From the NCBI RefSeq assembly GCF_018350175.1, contig NC_058368.1, positions 115,632,001-115,696,000 on the forward strand: a stretch of DNA of 64,000 nt, in the 5' to 3' direction. Origin of the DNA: Felis catus. Lineage: Eukaryota. Positions 46,046 through 59,600 of this stretch are shown here, piece after piece. The notes under the pieces were generated by a model. That model did not search any database and was not told the origin of the DNA. It saw only the letters and a program-made list of their open reading frames with translations. Within the stretch, counting starts at the first letter, position 1; every line of letters starts with the position of its first letter. Made by a program: the position numbers and the translations under genes.

Positions 46046-46322
46046 AAGTTTCTTGAGATCCCCTGTGGCCCCAGGTATTGTGCTGGGGACTAGGCCCCTT
46101 GACCCAAAATATGTCCCTCTTAAAGCCCTCAAGGGGGTTCACTAATAAGAGAGATGGGTCTGAGGTTGGAGGTGCTTACAGCAACATCCCCTAATCTGGT
46201 TAAGAAGCCAGGGACGACTGCCTTGAAGTGAATTGCTGCATTCCTATTATTAGCACCTCCACTTATTAGCTGTGTGACATTGATAGAGTTCCTTAACCTT
46301 GCTGTGCATTACTTTCCTCGTC

Positions 46323-47016
46323 TTTATTTAATTAATATATTTTTTAAGATTTAATTTAATGAATTTATTTATTTCTGAGAGAGAGAGAGAACAGGGAAGG
46401 GGTAGGATAGGGACAGAGAAAATCCTAAGCAGACTCCATGTCCAAGCCCAGCACAGAGCCTAAGGGGGGGCTCAATCTCACCACTGTGAGACCATGACCT
46501 GAGCTGAAATCAGGAGTCTGATGCTTAACCAACTGAGCCACCCAGGAGCCCCTTAATATTTTATGAATTTATTTAAAGTTTATTTATTGTTGAGAGACAG
46601 CACAAGTGGGGGGAGGGGGGCAGTAAGAGAGGGAGAGAGAATCCCAAGCAGGTTTTGTGTGCTGTCAGTGAAGAACCCAAAGTTCAAGGTTCTCATGAAC
46701 CATGAGGTCAGGACCTGAGCCGAAATCAACAGTCAGACGCCTAACCGACTGAGCCACCTAGGCGCCCCAGATTTTATTTTTAAGTAATTTCTACGTTCAG
46801 TTTGTAGCTCGGAACTCACAACCCCAAGATCAAGAGTTGTATGCTCTAGGGGACTGAGCCAGCCTGGCACCCCTACTTTCTTCATCTTTAAAATGGGAAT
46901 AATAATTGGTTCCTGGCTGGATCATTTGGTAGAGCATATGGCTCTTGATCTCATTTGTGGCTTTGGGCCCCATGTTGGATGTAGAGATTACTTAAAAGTA
47001 AAATCTGAAAAAAAAA

Positions 47017-47048
<32 letters not shown>

Positions 47049-47065
47049 AAGAAAAAAACAAAGAA
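46323..47065. mobile_element. Cluster of four CanSINEs (three on -, one on +) within a MIR
   Basis: Reverse heads end at 46552, 46768 and 46873, and a forward element spans 46908-47065. TSD tactttc(c/t)tc(g/a)tcttta, with MIR pieces interleaved. Confidence 0.88.
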
Positions 47066-48827
47066 AATGAAAATAGTAATAGTACTTACCTCAAAAGTTT
47101 GCTGTGAAGATTTAATGAGTTAATACATGTCAATATTCCTTAGAATAGTGCCTGCCACACAGTAAGTATTCTGTAATATTAAATAAAAGATAAAAAACGG
47201 CTACCACTTGCATGAGTAAGACTTGGCAGACAATTAAATGGGAAAGTGTCCTAGGCAAAGAGAACAAAGGCCTGGATGTGACAAAGTAGTTTCCTCCAAG
47301 GAACTTGGTTCTGTGTCACCTGGTGGGTGTGACTGATGGCTGTCCTGGTCAAAAATTTGGGCTAGAAACTCCTCCACCTCCACGGTGTGGTCTTGGGGCT
47401 GGTCAGGTCTTGGCCTGAGATGCCACTGAGTCCATGGGCTGGGCCACAGCCCCTCATCCATTCCTCTGCCCGTCCTGCTGCTGCCGCCTGTGAGCTCCGC
47501 TCTGGCTGAGCAGTGCTGGGCATTCCCCTGTGGGCATCCGGAGCTCCAGGTGTGGTGGGGAAGCCCTGGGGGCAGGAGGGCTTGGGGGAGGTGCTCTCTG
47601 AACAATGTCCTAAGGGAAAATGAAAATTTCCCCAGACAGGGGGAGGGAGGGAGTTCCAGGCTGAGGGAACAACCTAAAGAAATGTTTTGAGGGAGAGATC
47701 CCTACTCAGAAGAGAGACAAAAAGACTTTGGGTGGAGTTTAAGCTCTGGCCCTGGGGAGCCCTATTTGGGTTTTATCAGGGGTTTTGGATTGTCCTCCCC
47801 ATGGCCTCTAGACCCAGGATGGGTGGTGGCCTAAGAGGTTAAAGTCCGTCCAGTCTTGCTCCAGGGCCAGCCCAGAAGCTGGGGTAGGGGTGCCGGTTGC
47901 CTGGGTTCCTCCCTCCCTCTGCAGAGCCAGGAGGGCTTGGCAAAGCAACAAGGCAGCCTTTGTGTCCCTCTTTGCGTCTAGGCAGGTCTGGCCCAGCCTA
48001 GGCTGTTGCTGGTTTCAGTGCCCTGTGATCCTGTCCAGGCAGTGCAGGGTGGGACAGGCAGGGTGTCCTCAGGGTTCCTAGTGTGGCTGCCTTGTGTCCC
48101 TTGCACCCCCACCAGGGCTCCCCAGGGGAGGATACCTGTGGCATGGAGTACACGGGTATGTGTGGGGCTGGCATTGAGGACCCAGAGCAGGTAGTGGGTG
48201 GGCAGAGATGTGCACAGGGGAGGGGGATGGGACCTGGATGGGAAGGCTCCTGTGTGCCGCAGCATGTGCCTAAGGGGTACCCCAGGGTGAGTTCTGTGAG
48301 TGTGCACTGGGGTGAGGATGTGCTTCTGGGTGTGAGGGTCTGGGCTGTAGCACACGAACAGCCCCCAGCCTGCTCAGAACAGAGCACTGCTGTCTCTCAG
48401 TAGCGGCAACAACGAGGCCTCTCTCTTGGCACATAATGTCCCCTCTGTATTGTCTGCTGTGCAGTGGTGACGATAATTTTAAGGTCCAAATCCTTCTCGT
48501 GGGGGGCAGGGTAGGGGGGAGTTTGGAGGCATCTGGGGAGGGCTAGAGCTCCTAGGCGGGTTTCGGCCTGTGTGCAGGGAGGTCTGTTGCGTGTTTGGGC
48601 CCTCCCTCTACATACCCACAAACCCTACAGGGGCAGCAGAGAGAAGTAAGGACTCCCAGAAGCCTCTGCCAGAATTCCCGCCCGTCTGCCCAGACTTCAA
48701 GGCCTGGGCCTGGACCTCTTCAAAGGAACTAGCTCTGATAGCCCCTTTCACTCACTGCCTGGTCTCTGCTCGTCCAGATGTTTCTTCATGTCTATCCCTA
48801 GTCTTTCTTGCTGTGGACGCGCTAGAC

Positions 48828-50841
48828 CAGCAGTTGCCAACCTTTTTGTTGTCAGGACTCCATTCTAGGCTTAATAATTACCAAAAACTCCCAAAGAGCT
48901 TTTGTTGATGTGAGTTACATCCACCAAGATTTACTATATTAGAAATTGAAACAGAAAATTAAGAACACGTATTTATTCATTTATTTAAAAATAACAGTAA
49001 CAGTTCATTACATGTTAACATACATCATACGCTTTTATGAAAAATAACTTTATTTTCCAGAACAAAACAAAGTTAGCAGGAGGAGTGGCGTTGTTTTTAC
49101 ACTTTTGCAATCTCATTAATATCTGGCTTAATAGAGCAAACAGCCCCCTTGGGATTAGATTCTAATATCTGCTTTTGCTTTCAATTTGTTGTGGTATGTT
49201 TGTTTTTCTGTTGTTGAAGTATATGAAGAAAATCTGGCCTCATACAGATCTTTGGGAGGAAAAGTGAGGAGTATTTTCATAGCCTTTTCAGATAATTTGA
49301 TACTACACCAAAACTTGACAAGTGGCAGTTTCTTAAAGGCTAGTTGCCATGTAGAATCTGAAACCCTATCCATGAACTTTGCATATTCTGTTACATGAAG
49401 GTCCATTTGTCTATCTTGTACTTTAAATGGATCTCTTGCCCATGCATGATTTTATAACATCATGCACTGGTCATTTACAGAGCATTAGTTCACGGAGTTA
49501 TGCAAATCTCTCAAATGTTAATACATTCCATTATATAATATTTAATACTCAAATCCATTGATACCACCACCAATTTCATCAGAAATATCCAGGAAACTAT
49601 CAAGCTTATGATGACCTATACAAGTGTTTTAAAATTCAAAATTTTGCTTAAAAAATAGAATTTTATCATTAGCAATAAATACGGTAGCTGTTTTCCCTGG
49701 AGTGACATCCTCACTTGATTCTTTTTGAGAGAATACCCGCCGAATACCCGAGTCTAAAGTTTGTCAGTCTTTTCTTGTGGTGTTCTATGAAAAAAACAGC
49801 TAGTTCATCTCGTAACTCGAACATTCACACAAGTAATTTTCCTCAAGGCAACAATCATACTCTGGTATGTTACAGAGGTACTTTATGTGAATTTCCCATA
49901 CATAACGTTAAATAGACGTGTAGGCAATGTTTGAGATTTACTACAATTACTAATTTTATTGCTTTGCTTCAATAAACACATTCTTTTCTTCTTAAATGTT
50001 TATTTTGAGAGAGAGAACAAGCGTGCGCACACATGCCCATGCACAAGGGGAAGGTCCAGAGAGAGGGGGAGAGATAATCCTAAGCAGGCTCCACGTTGTC
50101 AGTGCAGAGCCCCAAGTGGGGCTTGATCCCATGAACTGTGAGATCATGACCTGAGCTAAAACCAAGAGCCAGAGGCTTAACTGACTGAGACACCCAGACA
50201 CCCCTATTTTTTTTAAGTAGGCTCTGTGCCCAACGTGGGGCTCAAATTCACAATCCCCAAATCAAGAGTTGCATGCTGTAGGGGCGCCTGAGTGGCTCAG
50301 TCGGTTGAACATCTGACTTCGGCCTCACGTCATGATATCATACTTCATGGGTTTGAGCCCTGCTTTGGGCTCTCTGCTGTCAGCTGGGGGCTTGGAGCCT
50401 GCTTCAGATTCTGTCTCCCTCTCTCTGCCCCTCCCCAACTCATGCTCTGTCTCTCTCTGTCTCTCAAAAAGGAATAAATGTTAAAAAAAAAAAAAATTAA
50501 AAAAAAAAGTTTCATTCTCTACCGACTGAGCCAGCCACGCACCCCAGCAAGGACATTCTTAAGTGAAACTAGCTATTTTTTTTTTTTTTAATGGATGCTT
50601 TTGACACTGACGAATATAATGACTCCTACCTAGTATAGTTTTGGTGTTACTGTCTTGATTTGTGGTAAGGCACCCACAATTTTATCCACCTTTGCTTTCT
50701 CACCATCAGTGCAAATCTCAATGTGGTTAAAAGGTCAAATAGTGTCTTAGTATTATTAGTAAAATAATTTTGACTTCATCTACCCCTGAGAAGATCTCAT
50801 AGACTCCCAGGGGTCTGTGGACCCTGCTTTGAGAACTGCTG
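48828..50841. mobile_element. Charlie1(a)-like hAT DNA transposon relic with nested CanSINEs
   Basis: Terminal inverted repeats cagcagttgccaac (48828) and ttgagaactgctg (50841). The degenerate 8-bp TSD cgctagac/cactaggt fits the NNCTAGNN Charlie target. The body is AT-rich. CanSINEs sit at 49985-50204 (-), 50205-50545 (-, split) and 50281-50507 (+). Confidence 0.85.
49155..49406 (-). pseudogene. Decayed hAT transposase C-terminal dimerisation-domain fragment
   Basis: KFWCSIKLSEKAMKILLTFPPKDLYEARFS...YHNKL resembles the hATC motif FW...LA..ILL.P.TTY.CE..FS...R..L, and it lies inside the Charlie element. Confidence 0.75.
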
Positions 50842-53800
50842 CACTAGGTTATTCTGTCTCATTTTGTTTCTCAGTGGTGATGAGCATGTCTTATGTATTT
50901 CACTGATTAGGACACGGAGGCCCAGCAGAGCCCCACATGGGTCTTCATCTCTCATTCCAGCACTGGAGCGAGAATTTTTTTCCTGGCGGGCACTGGGGAG
51001 GCTTCTCAAGGGAGTGGCATAGATCTGATGAATGGGCAGAATGCCAGAATGTCGGGGGAAGGGACCTGGGAGTGCATTCGTGGTGAAGGGAACAGCATTG
51101 GTAAAGGCCTAGGGAAAAGAACACAGGATGAGGCCAGATAACAAGGGCCTCGAATGCCAGCCCCAGGGCAATGGCACCACAGAGCATGTTGACAGCTGAA
51201 GCAGAAGATGAGATGTGCCCAGAGATAGGGAAGGCCCTGGGTCCTTCACTAGCTGGCCTTCCCAAGACAGCTGGCCTCAGGGCTGTGTCCTTAGGGTTGG
51301 GTCAACATATGGCCACTCAGATGGGCCATGATCATGATGGGCAGAGTGTGGTCTCCTGCCCAGAATTCCCTGCTGAAAAGTGTCTCCATGGGTTTCTGTA
51401 CCGACAGTCGGCTTCTCTTCTCCTTTGTATTGGCTTTTGTGGTGATAGTGACTAGCTTCCCCTAGTTTCTTGTGCCACGCACGAATGTGATGGTGATTTG
51501 GGCACAGGTGGCAAAGAAGAGAGCGATGGGTAGTAGGGATGTGTCAGTGTGTTGTCAGGGCCTCGGCCCAAATCCTGTGAAAGTGGGGGCATCAGAGCTG
51601 GCCCTGAGCAGGGACTGCCTCCTTACCCTACTCCAGACCCGGCCTGCCCTTCTTCTCCTCCAGTGGCCCTGCATCCCTGCCCCGCCTTGTCCCCCTTGAG
51701 CTGCAGGAACCCAGGTCTGACATGGGGAGCCAGACCTCAGCTTCTTGCAAGACAGGCCTTGACATCCTGCTGTGCACATCTGTGCTCCTGGGCTGGGTGC
51801 CTGGTCCTGCATGGGTCCTGCCTGGTCCACACATGTGTTCATGGCTGTGCTTTGTGACAGCGTAGGTATGTCTTGTGCCATGTGTATTTGTGACTGTGTC
51901 ACATGATGTGCTGCACATGTTTGTGAGCTTGTACACCCTGCCATGCACACTGAGTTGTGTGTGTGTTTGCTTTTGTGTCTTGAGTTGGGTGGCGTGTACG
52001 TGTATAGAATTTTGTATATCTTTTGGGGGGTGTGAGTGTTACTGTGGTGGGTATGTGTTTTTGTGTGATGGTTTGTCAGTGTGTATCTTGGCCCAGTCCC
52101 AGAAGAAGGCCCACTGAGGTGCTGGGGGTGGGGACTGTGCCCAGATAGGGAGCCTCCAGCCAGGAGGTCTGACTGGGAATGGACATGTCCTCTCTGGCCC
52201 AGAGAGCATCACAAGCCCTCAAAGAGCCCCTGTCCAGCTTCACCACCGGCTGGAAAGGGGGCATGAAGAAACCAAAACAACCTCAGCCCACCTCCCACAC
52301 CTTGCTGGCACTTGAACCTAGTGGTGGTGGCCCGGTGCCCTGGGCCTGCCCTCCTAAGGCTGCAAGCGCTGTGTGTTGTGGGGGTTGGGCAGGGGCCAGA
52401 GACACGACCCAGTTTGGCCCTGGTGGCCAATTTCAGCTTATAATGGACCACAGAGGCAGAGCTGACCCCTGGCGTTGTCGGGGCTGGGGCTGGGGCTGGG
52501 GCTGGGGCTGCAGGGAGAATCAGCCCCATTGAGCCAGGCCTGATGCTAAGTTCATTACGTGTGTTATTCATTCAGCAAATATTTATTGTATGTGTGCTTG
52601 GTTCTGGGTCTGGCTTTAGGTGTTGGGAGTATAGCAGTCACCTCACTGAATTAGCTGGGAGAGAGGAGACCACTGTGTGTCTCACAAATGGAGAAACACA
52701 TCCTGAAAAGAATAGCTTAAGTCACAAGAAAGCTGAGATTTGAAGCCAGGCCTGTCTCATGCCAGAGCCCTCTACCCCCTGCCCTTGATTCTCACCATTA
52801 CAGCCTGTGTGTCCATTGAGCTAGGACCAGCAGGATGAAGGGTAGGCAGATGATGCTTGGCTAGCCTTGAGCTCCATCCAGGCTATATTGGTTGATGCAG
52901 GAGAGCAGGTATAGCAACTAAATCAGCTCCTAGTGGCTCAGCAGGGAAGGTGGTTTGCCTGGGGTGGTCCCTCAAGGTTGTGCATAAAGGTGGTCACGTG
53001 GAGATTCAGGTGTGGGAACGGAGTGGAGGGTATACCTTGTGTTTCTAGGACGCATTGGGACCCAAGGGAATGCCTCCTCACTGGCTATAGGACCTGGGAT
53101 GCTTCACTCTGAGCCTCAGCTTCCTTATCTGTGAAGTGGGCATAATGATTGTCCCTCTCAGCGGTACAGTGCTCATGGCCTGATGCCTGGCGCACAGTAG
53201 GGCAGCTAGGGGGATTGGGCAGAGCTGGAAGTTGGCAGGGCCTCCCTAGGGCTCTCTACTCAGTCCCAGGAAATGGGTAGTGGGTAGGGAGGAGGAGGAG
53301 CAGATGTGCCCGCGTCTCACAAGAGCAGCCACATTTAGCCACCAAGTCAGGATTGAAATATTCCTGAGGGAGAAGAACCCTCAGGCTTCAGGGCTGCAAC
53401 AGCTCGTCAGTGGGGAGCGGGGAAGGGATGTTGTCACCATCTGCCTCGTGTCTGTCTGCGACTAAAATAATACTGGGGTGAGACTCGCCGCAGGCACGGG
53501 CCCAGCCGCAAGGTTCCCCGGAAGAGGGAGGGGCCAGGGGGTACTGGCAGGCTTCTGGAGGGATCAGCCTCATGAGTGCAGGGCCAGGGGACCCCCCAGA
53601 CCTGGCCACCTTCTGCTCCCGAGGGGAGACAGAGCGTGTGCTGAGATCCCAGTAAAGCAGGGGCAACAACAGAAACAAAACAGGAGGGACAGACAAATCG
53701 CCTGATTCAGCTTCCATGAGCTGATCCAGAATATTGAAACCAGAAAACGTAGCAAGAAGCTATTTTAATTTCAGCCGACGTATAAGTTTTGGGTCTATGG

Positions 53801-56800
53801 TTTACTGTGGTTTTTATTTTGAATCAAATATGGAGAATGCTCCATAATCTCAGAGCTCAGGGCTCTGGGGACTGAGTGCCCGCCTTTCCCACTGGGCACA
53901 GGGGTCCCTTGTCAACTGCCTCTAGGTGTTGGTACCCCTGGGCCTGGGCAGGTGCCCCTTTAGATCAGGACCTGGCTGGGAGCCTGATGCTTGGCCTCTG
54001 GGTGGTGAAGCAGTCACGTCTGGTCTTTTGCTGTGGGTCTCACCAGACACGAGCAGTTGGATATTTTTGTTTTTGCAGAGAGAACAGACCCATGACCTCA
54101 GAGGTTTATTTTAACTGCGGAAGCACCCTAGCTGCTGGTTGCTGTGTGCTGACATAGCGCTGGGCTGTCAGTTCAGCAGGCAGCACTTGAGTACCTATTG
54201 TGTGCAGGCCATGAGCTAGGACGGGCTGGGACCCCTCTCAGCATACAAGGCCAGCCACCTGAGTGCCAGGGAGGGGGATGGGAGTGTCAGCGAGGGATTC
54301 AGGATATGGCAGGAGACCATGCTGTCGTCCTGGAAAGGTGACAGATGTATTCAGCCTTGAAGAGGAGAAAGGTGGTGACAGCAAAGGAGAGAGGGGAAGA
54401 TGCCCAAGGCAGAGAGAACCTGGATTACACAGACCACCACTCTGGGGGGCTCTTTGTGGCGAGGGTTTGCATGTCTTAGATGCAACTTGAAGCCCTTGCT
54501 GTAGGCCTGCCCCCATGCTAATGCCTTTACATGTGTTTTTCTAGTCAGTCCTTACCAACATCTCATGAGGTCAGTACGCTCAGTGCTCATCTTGCAGATG
54601 AGGACATTGAGGCTCAGATGTCTAGCGACTTGTGCAAGCAGTAGAGGCATGGCCTTGAGCTACAGTGTGCCACCCCCGGACAATGCCTTCATTCAGCAGG
54701 CCATAACTCAAACCCCCAGAGCACACTGTAGAGTATCCTCGGATGGTTGGGGTCTCTCATCTCCATCTGGTTATAATGACCAAAGGAAACTCTTTCTGGA
54801 GTGTGTGAGTATGTGTATGTGGGGGAGAGGGATGCAGGTGGGAACCCAGACACCCCTGCTTTCCAACCTTTAGTAAATCTCTTCTTCCTCTGAGCCTCAG
54901 TTTCCTCATCTGTGAAATGGGGCTACAGTACCTGCTGTGCAGGCTCCTGGAGAGGATTAAAAGTGAAAGCAGCTATGAGAAGTCCTCTGTGAGTTCATTG
55001 AGGCCTCAGTCAGGGCTGATTCTCCTCAAAACACCAGGAGCCATCTTCCCAGAACAATCCAGCCACCAAGCTTTCCCTGCAGCTGACAGGCTCCCGCCAC
55101 CACAGCAGCCACCACCCTGAATTATTCAGGACCCTCCAGGCCTCTGTGGCAGCCCCTCCCCTCCCCCTGCACGCCAGGCTGTCAGCACCAGCCTCCGAGC
55201 CTCTGCCAGGGCTCTGCTGACTCAGGGCCCCAGAACTTCAGCTTGTTCAGGTGTGGCAGTGAGTGTGACAGGGTGCGAGAGTGTGAATATGGCCGAGTAT
55301 GAGAGAATGATAGTGTGTGGTTGCACATGAGTGTGCAAGTGTGTGTGATGGCGGGTGTGGTGTGTACCTGAGTGTGAAAGTATGTGAACATGGCTATATG
55401 AGGGTACGTGGATGTGTGAGGGTGAGTTTGTGAGTGAGAGCCTCTGTATGTTGTGATTCACCTCGTGTGGGTGAGGATGGCAGTATCTGGAGCCTCTTTA
55501 GGTGCAGATCAACTAGGCTCAGGGCTGAGGTCCCTGTGGGTAAGAGTACACAGTGACCTGGGAGTCAAATTCCAGCCTAGAGAGGGAGGGAGCATCATCC
55601 CCCTATTTCCAGAATCCCTTAAGGGTTGGGTACGGGGGTGGGAGGAGAGGTTTGGGAAGAAGGATATATAGTAGTTGGATCATGGACAGGACCTGGGGGT
55701 CCACTACCTTGCGGGGCTCAGATCACTACCAGACTGTTCCTGGTGTTATCTCATTTCCTGATGACTTGAGACCTTCAGAGGACAAGCACTTCCCTCCACT
55801 GTCCCTTTCCTCCCCCTGGCTCAGGGCTGAGAGCCCCTAGGTGAGAGGTAGGGGACTGTTCTCTTAGATCTGTGGCCAGATGGCAGCCCTCCAGATCTTA
55901 GGGGCTTTCGGGAGGGGGCAAGCGTCCACTGACACTCTTGCTGGAGGGCCCCCACCCATAGGCAGGAAAGACAGAGCAGACTTTGGTCTGCTGGACCCCT
56001 TCTCCTGCCTAGGCACTGGCCCTCCTGAAGGTTACTGTCTGCTGTGTGGCAAGATAGAGCTCCTGGGGCAGTGGGAGTGGGATTGAGGAACTAGGAGCCT
56101 GCAGTGTGCGGAGGTTGGGGGTGGTCTGTGTGTGAGCTTTGCTGTGGGTGGTGAGGTCTGTGTGTTGGTGTGAGGATGTGGGTGGCTGTCTGAATTTGTG
56201 TTTGTATCAGGGAGTTTGTACGTGTGTGACTGTATGTGTGTCACTGTATGTGTGACTGTGCTTGTCTTTACCTACTCGTTCGTGTGCGAGTACCTGTTTG
56301 TGTAACTGGCTGAGCACATGCCATCTGTATTTGAGTATGCATGTGTGTAGAGGCGGGTGACAGATGATTGACAGGGAGAGTGTGGGGCCACACTCAGCCC
56401 CACAGCTTCATCCCTCCTCAGGCCCCGGTTGGCCCGGGCTGCCATCCTGTTGGACTGGCTGGGACCATGCCCCTGGGAATGTGATTGCCTGGCTTGGGCT
56501 GGCATTACCTCAGAGCCACATGGAGCAGAGCTACAGGTAGGGAAGGTGAGACAAGTGACAGACTTGATGACTACAGGGGACAGATAGAATGGGCTACAGG
56601 AGTAGGGCTGCTGGAGCCTGATGCCTGGGTCCAAGTCCAAGCTCCTCCACTCACTAGAGTTGGGCAAGTCACTTCCTTCTCTGAGCCTCAATTTCCTCAT
56701 GAAAACAACGGGGGTCATGAGAACTTGGGGTGCAGGGCCCACACACTAAGCATTACTCACCAAATATCCTATGAGCCTGTCTTCTCATTCTGGCTCTGGG

Positions 56801-58918
56801 AAGTTGGTCATTTGGAGGCCTGGACCCTGGCCTGCCAAAGGCAGTGTTCAGCCAAAGGCAGGGACAAGTTTGACTTGTCCCTGTACATGTACATGTGGAG
56901 GGCTCATGGGAACTAAGTGAGCAGGTCACCCTGTCCATCCCCCTACATTTTGGGAGGGTCTGTCCCCAGCCCCCAGACCAGGGTGCATTTTCCATTCCTC
57001 TACTCCTCCCGTGGTCTGGAATGGAGCAAGTCCTGTCTGACCTCACTTTCTCTCCTCTGTAAAGCCAGGCAGGTAAGGTGAGTGAGTGGAACAGGAGGAC
57101 CAAGTGCGTCTGCTGCCAGGTCCTGAGAGCTAGCTAGCTCCCCTAGCGCCCCACACCCTCTCCTCTGTGGAGCTGTGGCCGGGCAGCTGTCCACTGGGCT
57201 GAGCGGGTTAGCAACACAAGACAGATGGCGAGGGATTATCTCAGCTTCTCAGAGAGCAATGGTGGCAGTGGTTGGGGCGGGGATGGGGGGAGGCTCTCAC
57301 ACTCTCCCTGCGTGTGTATACATACACACTCACAAATGCATGCAAGCACATACAGCTCCCCACTCCTGCCCCAGACCCAGCCCAGCCTCCTGCTATTATT
57401 TATGAGGCGGGCAGGGAGATAGGAGGAGAGAGGAGATTCTGAGAATTGGTGACAACTGTTGGACTTGGCAATTTTGTCCCTGTCCCACTTGACCCCTGGA
57501 CAAGCAGGGACTTTGAGAAAGCCCTCCCAGGCCCCTCTTGGACTCTGCCCTTGCTTCTGGGGTTTCTCTGCAACTGCCTCCACTCAGAATGGTATGTTTA
57601 GGAAAGCATAGACTTGTAGAGAAGCTTGAAGCCCAGAGATGTGTGAGATGTGCCCAAAGTCACACAGTAAGTTTGGCACATCAGCAGGCTGAGCTCTGGG
57701 ACTTGGCAGGTGGTGGCCTCTCAGATGTCTGTGCACTGGCTGTGGGGTCCCTGGGTCTTCTGTAAACTGGAACTTGTTACTGCCCAATGTCCCACAGGGT
57801 GCATAACCTGTCACAGGAACAGCTGCTACACCCAGGACTCAGGCACAGCCTCTCCTTCACATATACTTCAGGCTCTGGATGAAGGCTATTTGGAGTTGAG
57901 TGACAGAGCTGGCTCTCCAGGATATGTCACTGGGAAAGAAAGAAAAAGAGGTTAGAGCCCTACTAGAGTGAATTCTCCCACATGTCCCCCAGTTTGCCAT
58001 AGGCGGACAGTGGAGGGACTTTCTTTTCAGCTTTAGCCACAGATTTAGTCCCCCCCCCCCTTAGACACCCTCTCCTCCCCCCAGGTCTGAGTCATCTGTG
58101 CTGGGCGCTAGGGAGGGGTGTGGGCCAGGAAGCTGGGCTGGATTTGTACATGGTAATCCCAGGGGACCCTTTTTTTGAGGGGGAGGGCAGAGTGAAGGCC
58201 TCAGGACAGAAACTGGTTGTCCACTAGTAGTTGCCAAAGTCCAGACCGCTTTTCCCTCCCCTAGAGTGACTCAGGACCTGCTGGGCCCAGGAGTGTGGAC
58301 TAGAGGCAGTGTAAGGTTGCTACGGTGGCCTGGTCCCACTCTCTGCAGAGTGAACCCGCTCCTCTAGGCCTCTAAGGCTTCAGCCTGTCACTGGACCCCC
58401 ATGTATTCATGGGTGTCTATCTGGGATTCAAGGTCAGGCTGGCCTGGGGGTCAGCCAGGGAACCACCTGGACCTACCTTTAAAGCTGCATTATTTGAGGG
58501 CCTGCAGAACTTGGTGACAGGACCCACACTGTTCCTGTCACAGACAAGACTCTTGGCACCACAGGCTTCCCACTCCCAAGCCAAGCCAGGCCCTTTCTAT
58601 CTCCCAATTCCAGTCTGAAATAACACCTCACCACACATCTGGGGATCTGGAGGTGGGCACAGGGAAGGGTGCTGGTGGAACCCAGGTGCTGGGTTCAGGT
58701 CGAGCTCCACCTCTCTGACCGTACAACCTCCAGTTGGTCACATGTATGCTGAGGGCTGGGCGAGACCTCGTCAAAGCTCCCCTCCTCTCCTCAGAGCTTG
58801 GCCTGGGGGGCCCTACATGAACCTGAGGAATCTGAGCTTCGTTCTCTCTCTCATCAGTGGGATTTTTCTCATCTTTTTCTTAAGGTTTCAAAGTAACATT
58901 CTAAAGAGGCACCGTGAG

Positions 58919-59600
58919 AACCAATCAGAGAGCCTATGTAAATGAAGACTCGCTGATTGGCTGTCTCCTTCACGCCCTTTACGAAACTTCAACTTCATCA
59001 ACTCAGCAAAGATTTTTTTCCTCTGGCCTCTCGCTCCCTGCAGGAGGTGGGGCTGGGGTTAGTCACCCGGGCCGTCCCCCCTGCTGCAGGCAGGCTGGCC
59101 CCGCCAAGTCGGGCCTCTTAGGACAGAGGGAGGCGAGGGCGCCGCTCCCGCGGGGCTCTCGGGGGTTTATTCTGGCACAGAATCTCCGCGGGGGCGGCAC
59201 GGGGAGTGAGCCCCCTCCTCCTTGTAGGACAGCTGCAGAGAGGGCTGCAGGCCGCGGGTATCGAGCTTGGCTGGACCGGATCGATATCTGCCCGCTGGAC
59301 TGATGCGCCGCGGAGTCGGCTCGACAGGGTGGGCTCTGCGGCAGAGTGATGGCTGTGCAGGCCTCCCCCCTCATTCTCTTCACCGGCACTTCTGGGGAAA
59401 CCGAGGCGGGGAAGTGGTTTTGGGAGGGAGGGCGCGGCCTGAGGGAGCGACATTCTTGTTCTGGGTCAAAACCCTCATGTGGGGGCGGGGTTAGCCCGGG
59501 ACCGCGCCCTGCTCCCCCAACTCCTCTCGTCCGCAACCCCCACGATCACGCACAGCTCGAGGCGGTCCCCGCCTGTATCTCGTCCCCTTGTTCTATCTTC
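58919..59600. promoter_or_regulatory. CCAAT/octamer cassette plus CpG island (candidate promoter)
   Basis: Inverted CCAATCAG/CTGATTGG pair flanking ATGTAAAT, followed by CpG-rich DNA at 59060-59600. Confidence 0.7.
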
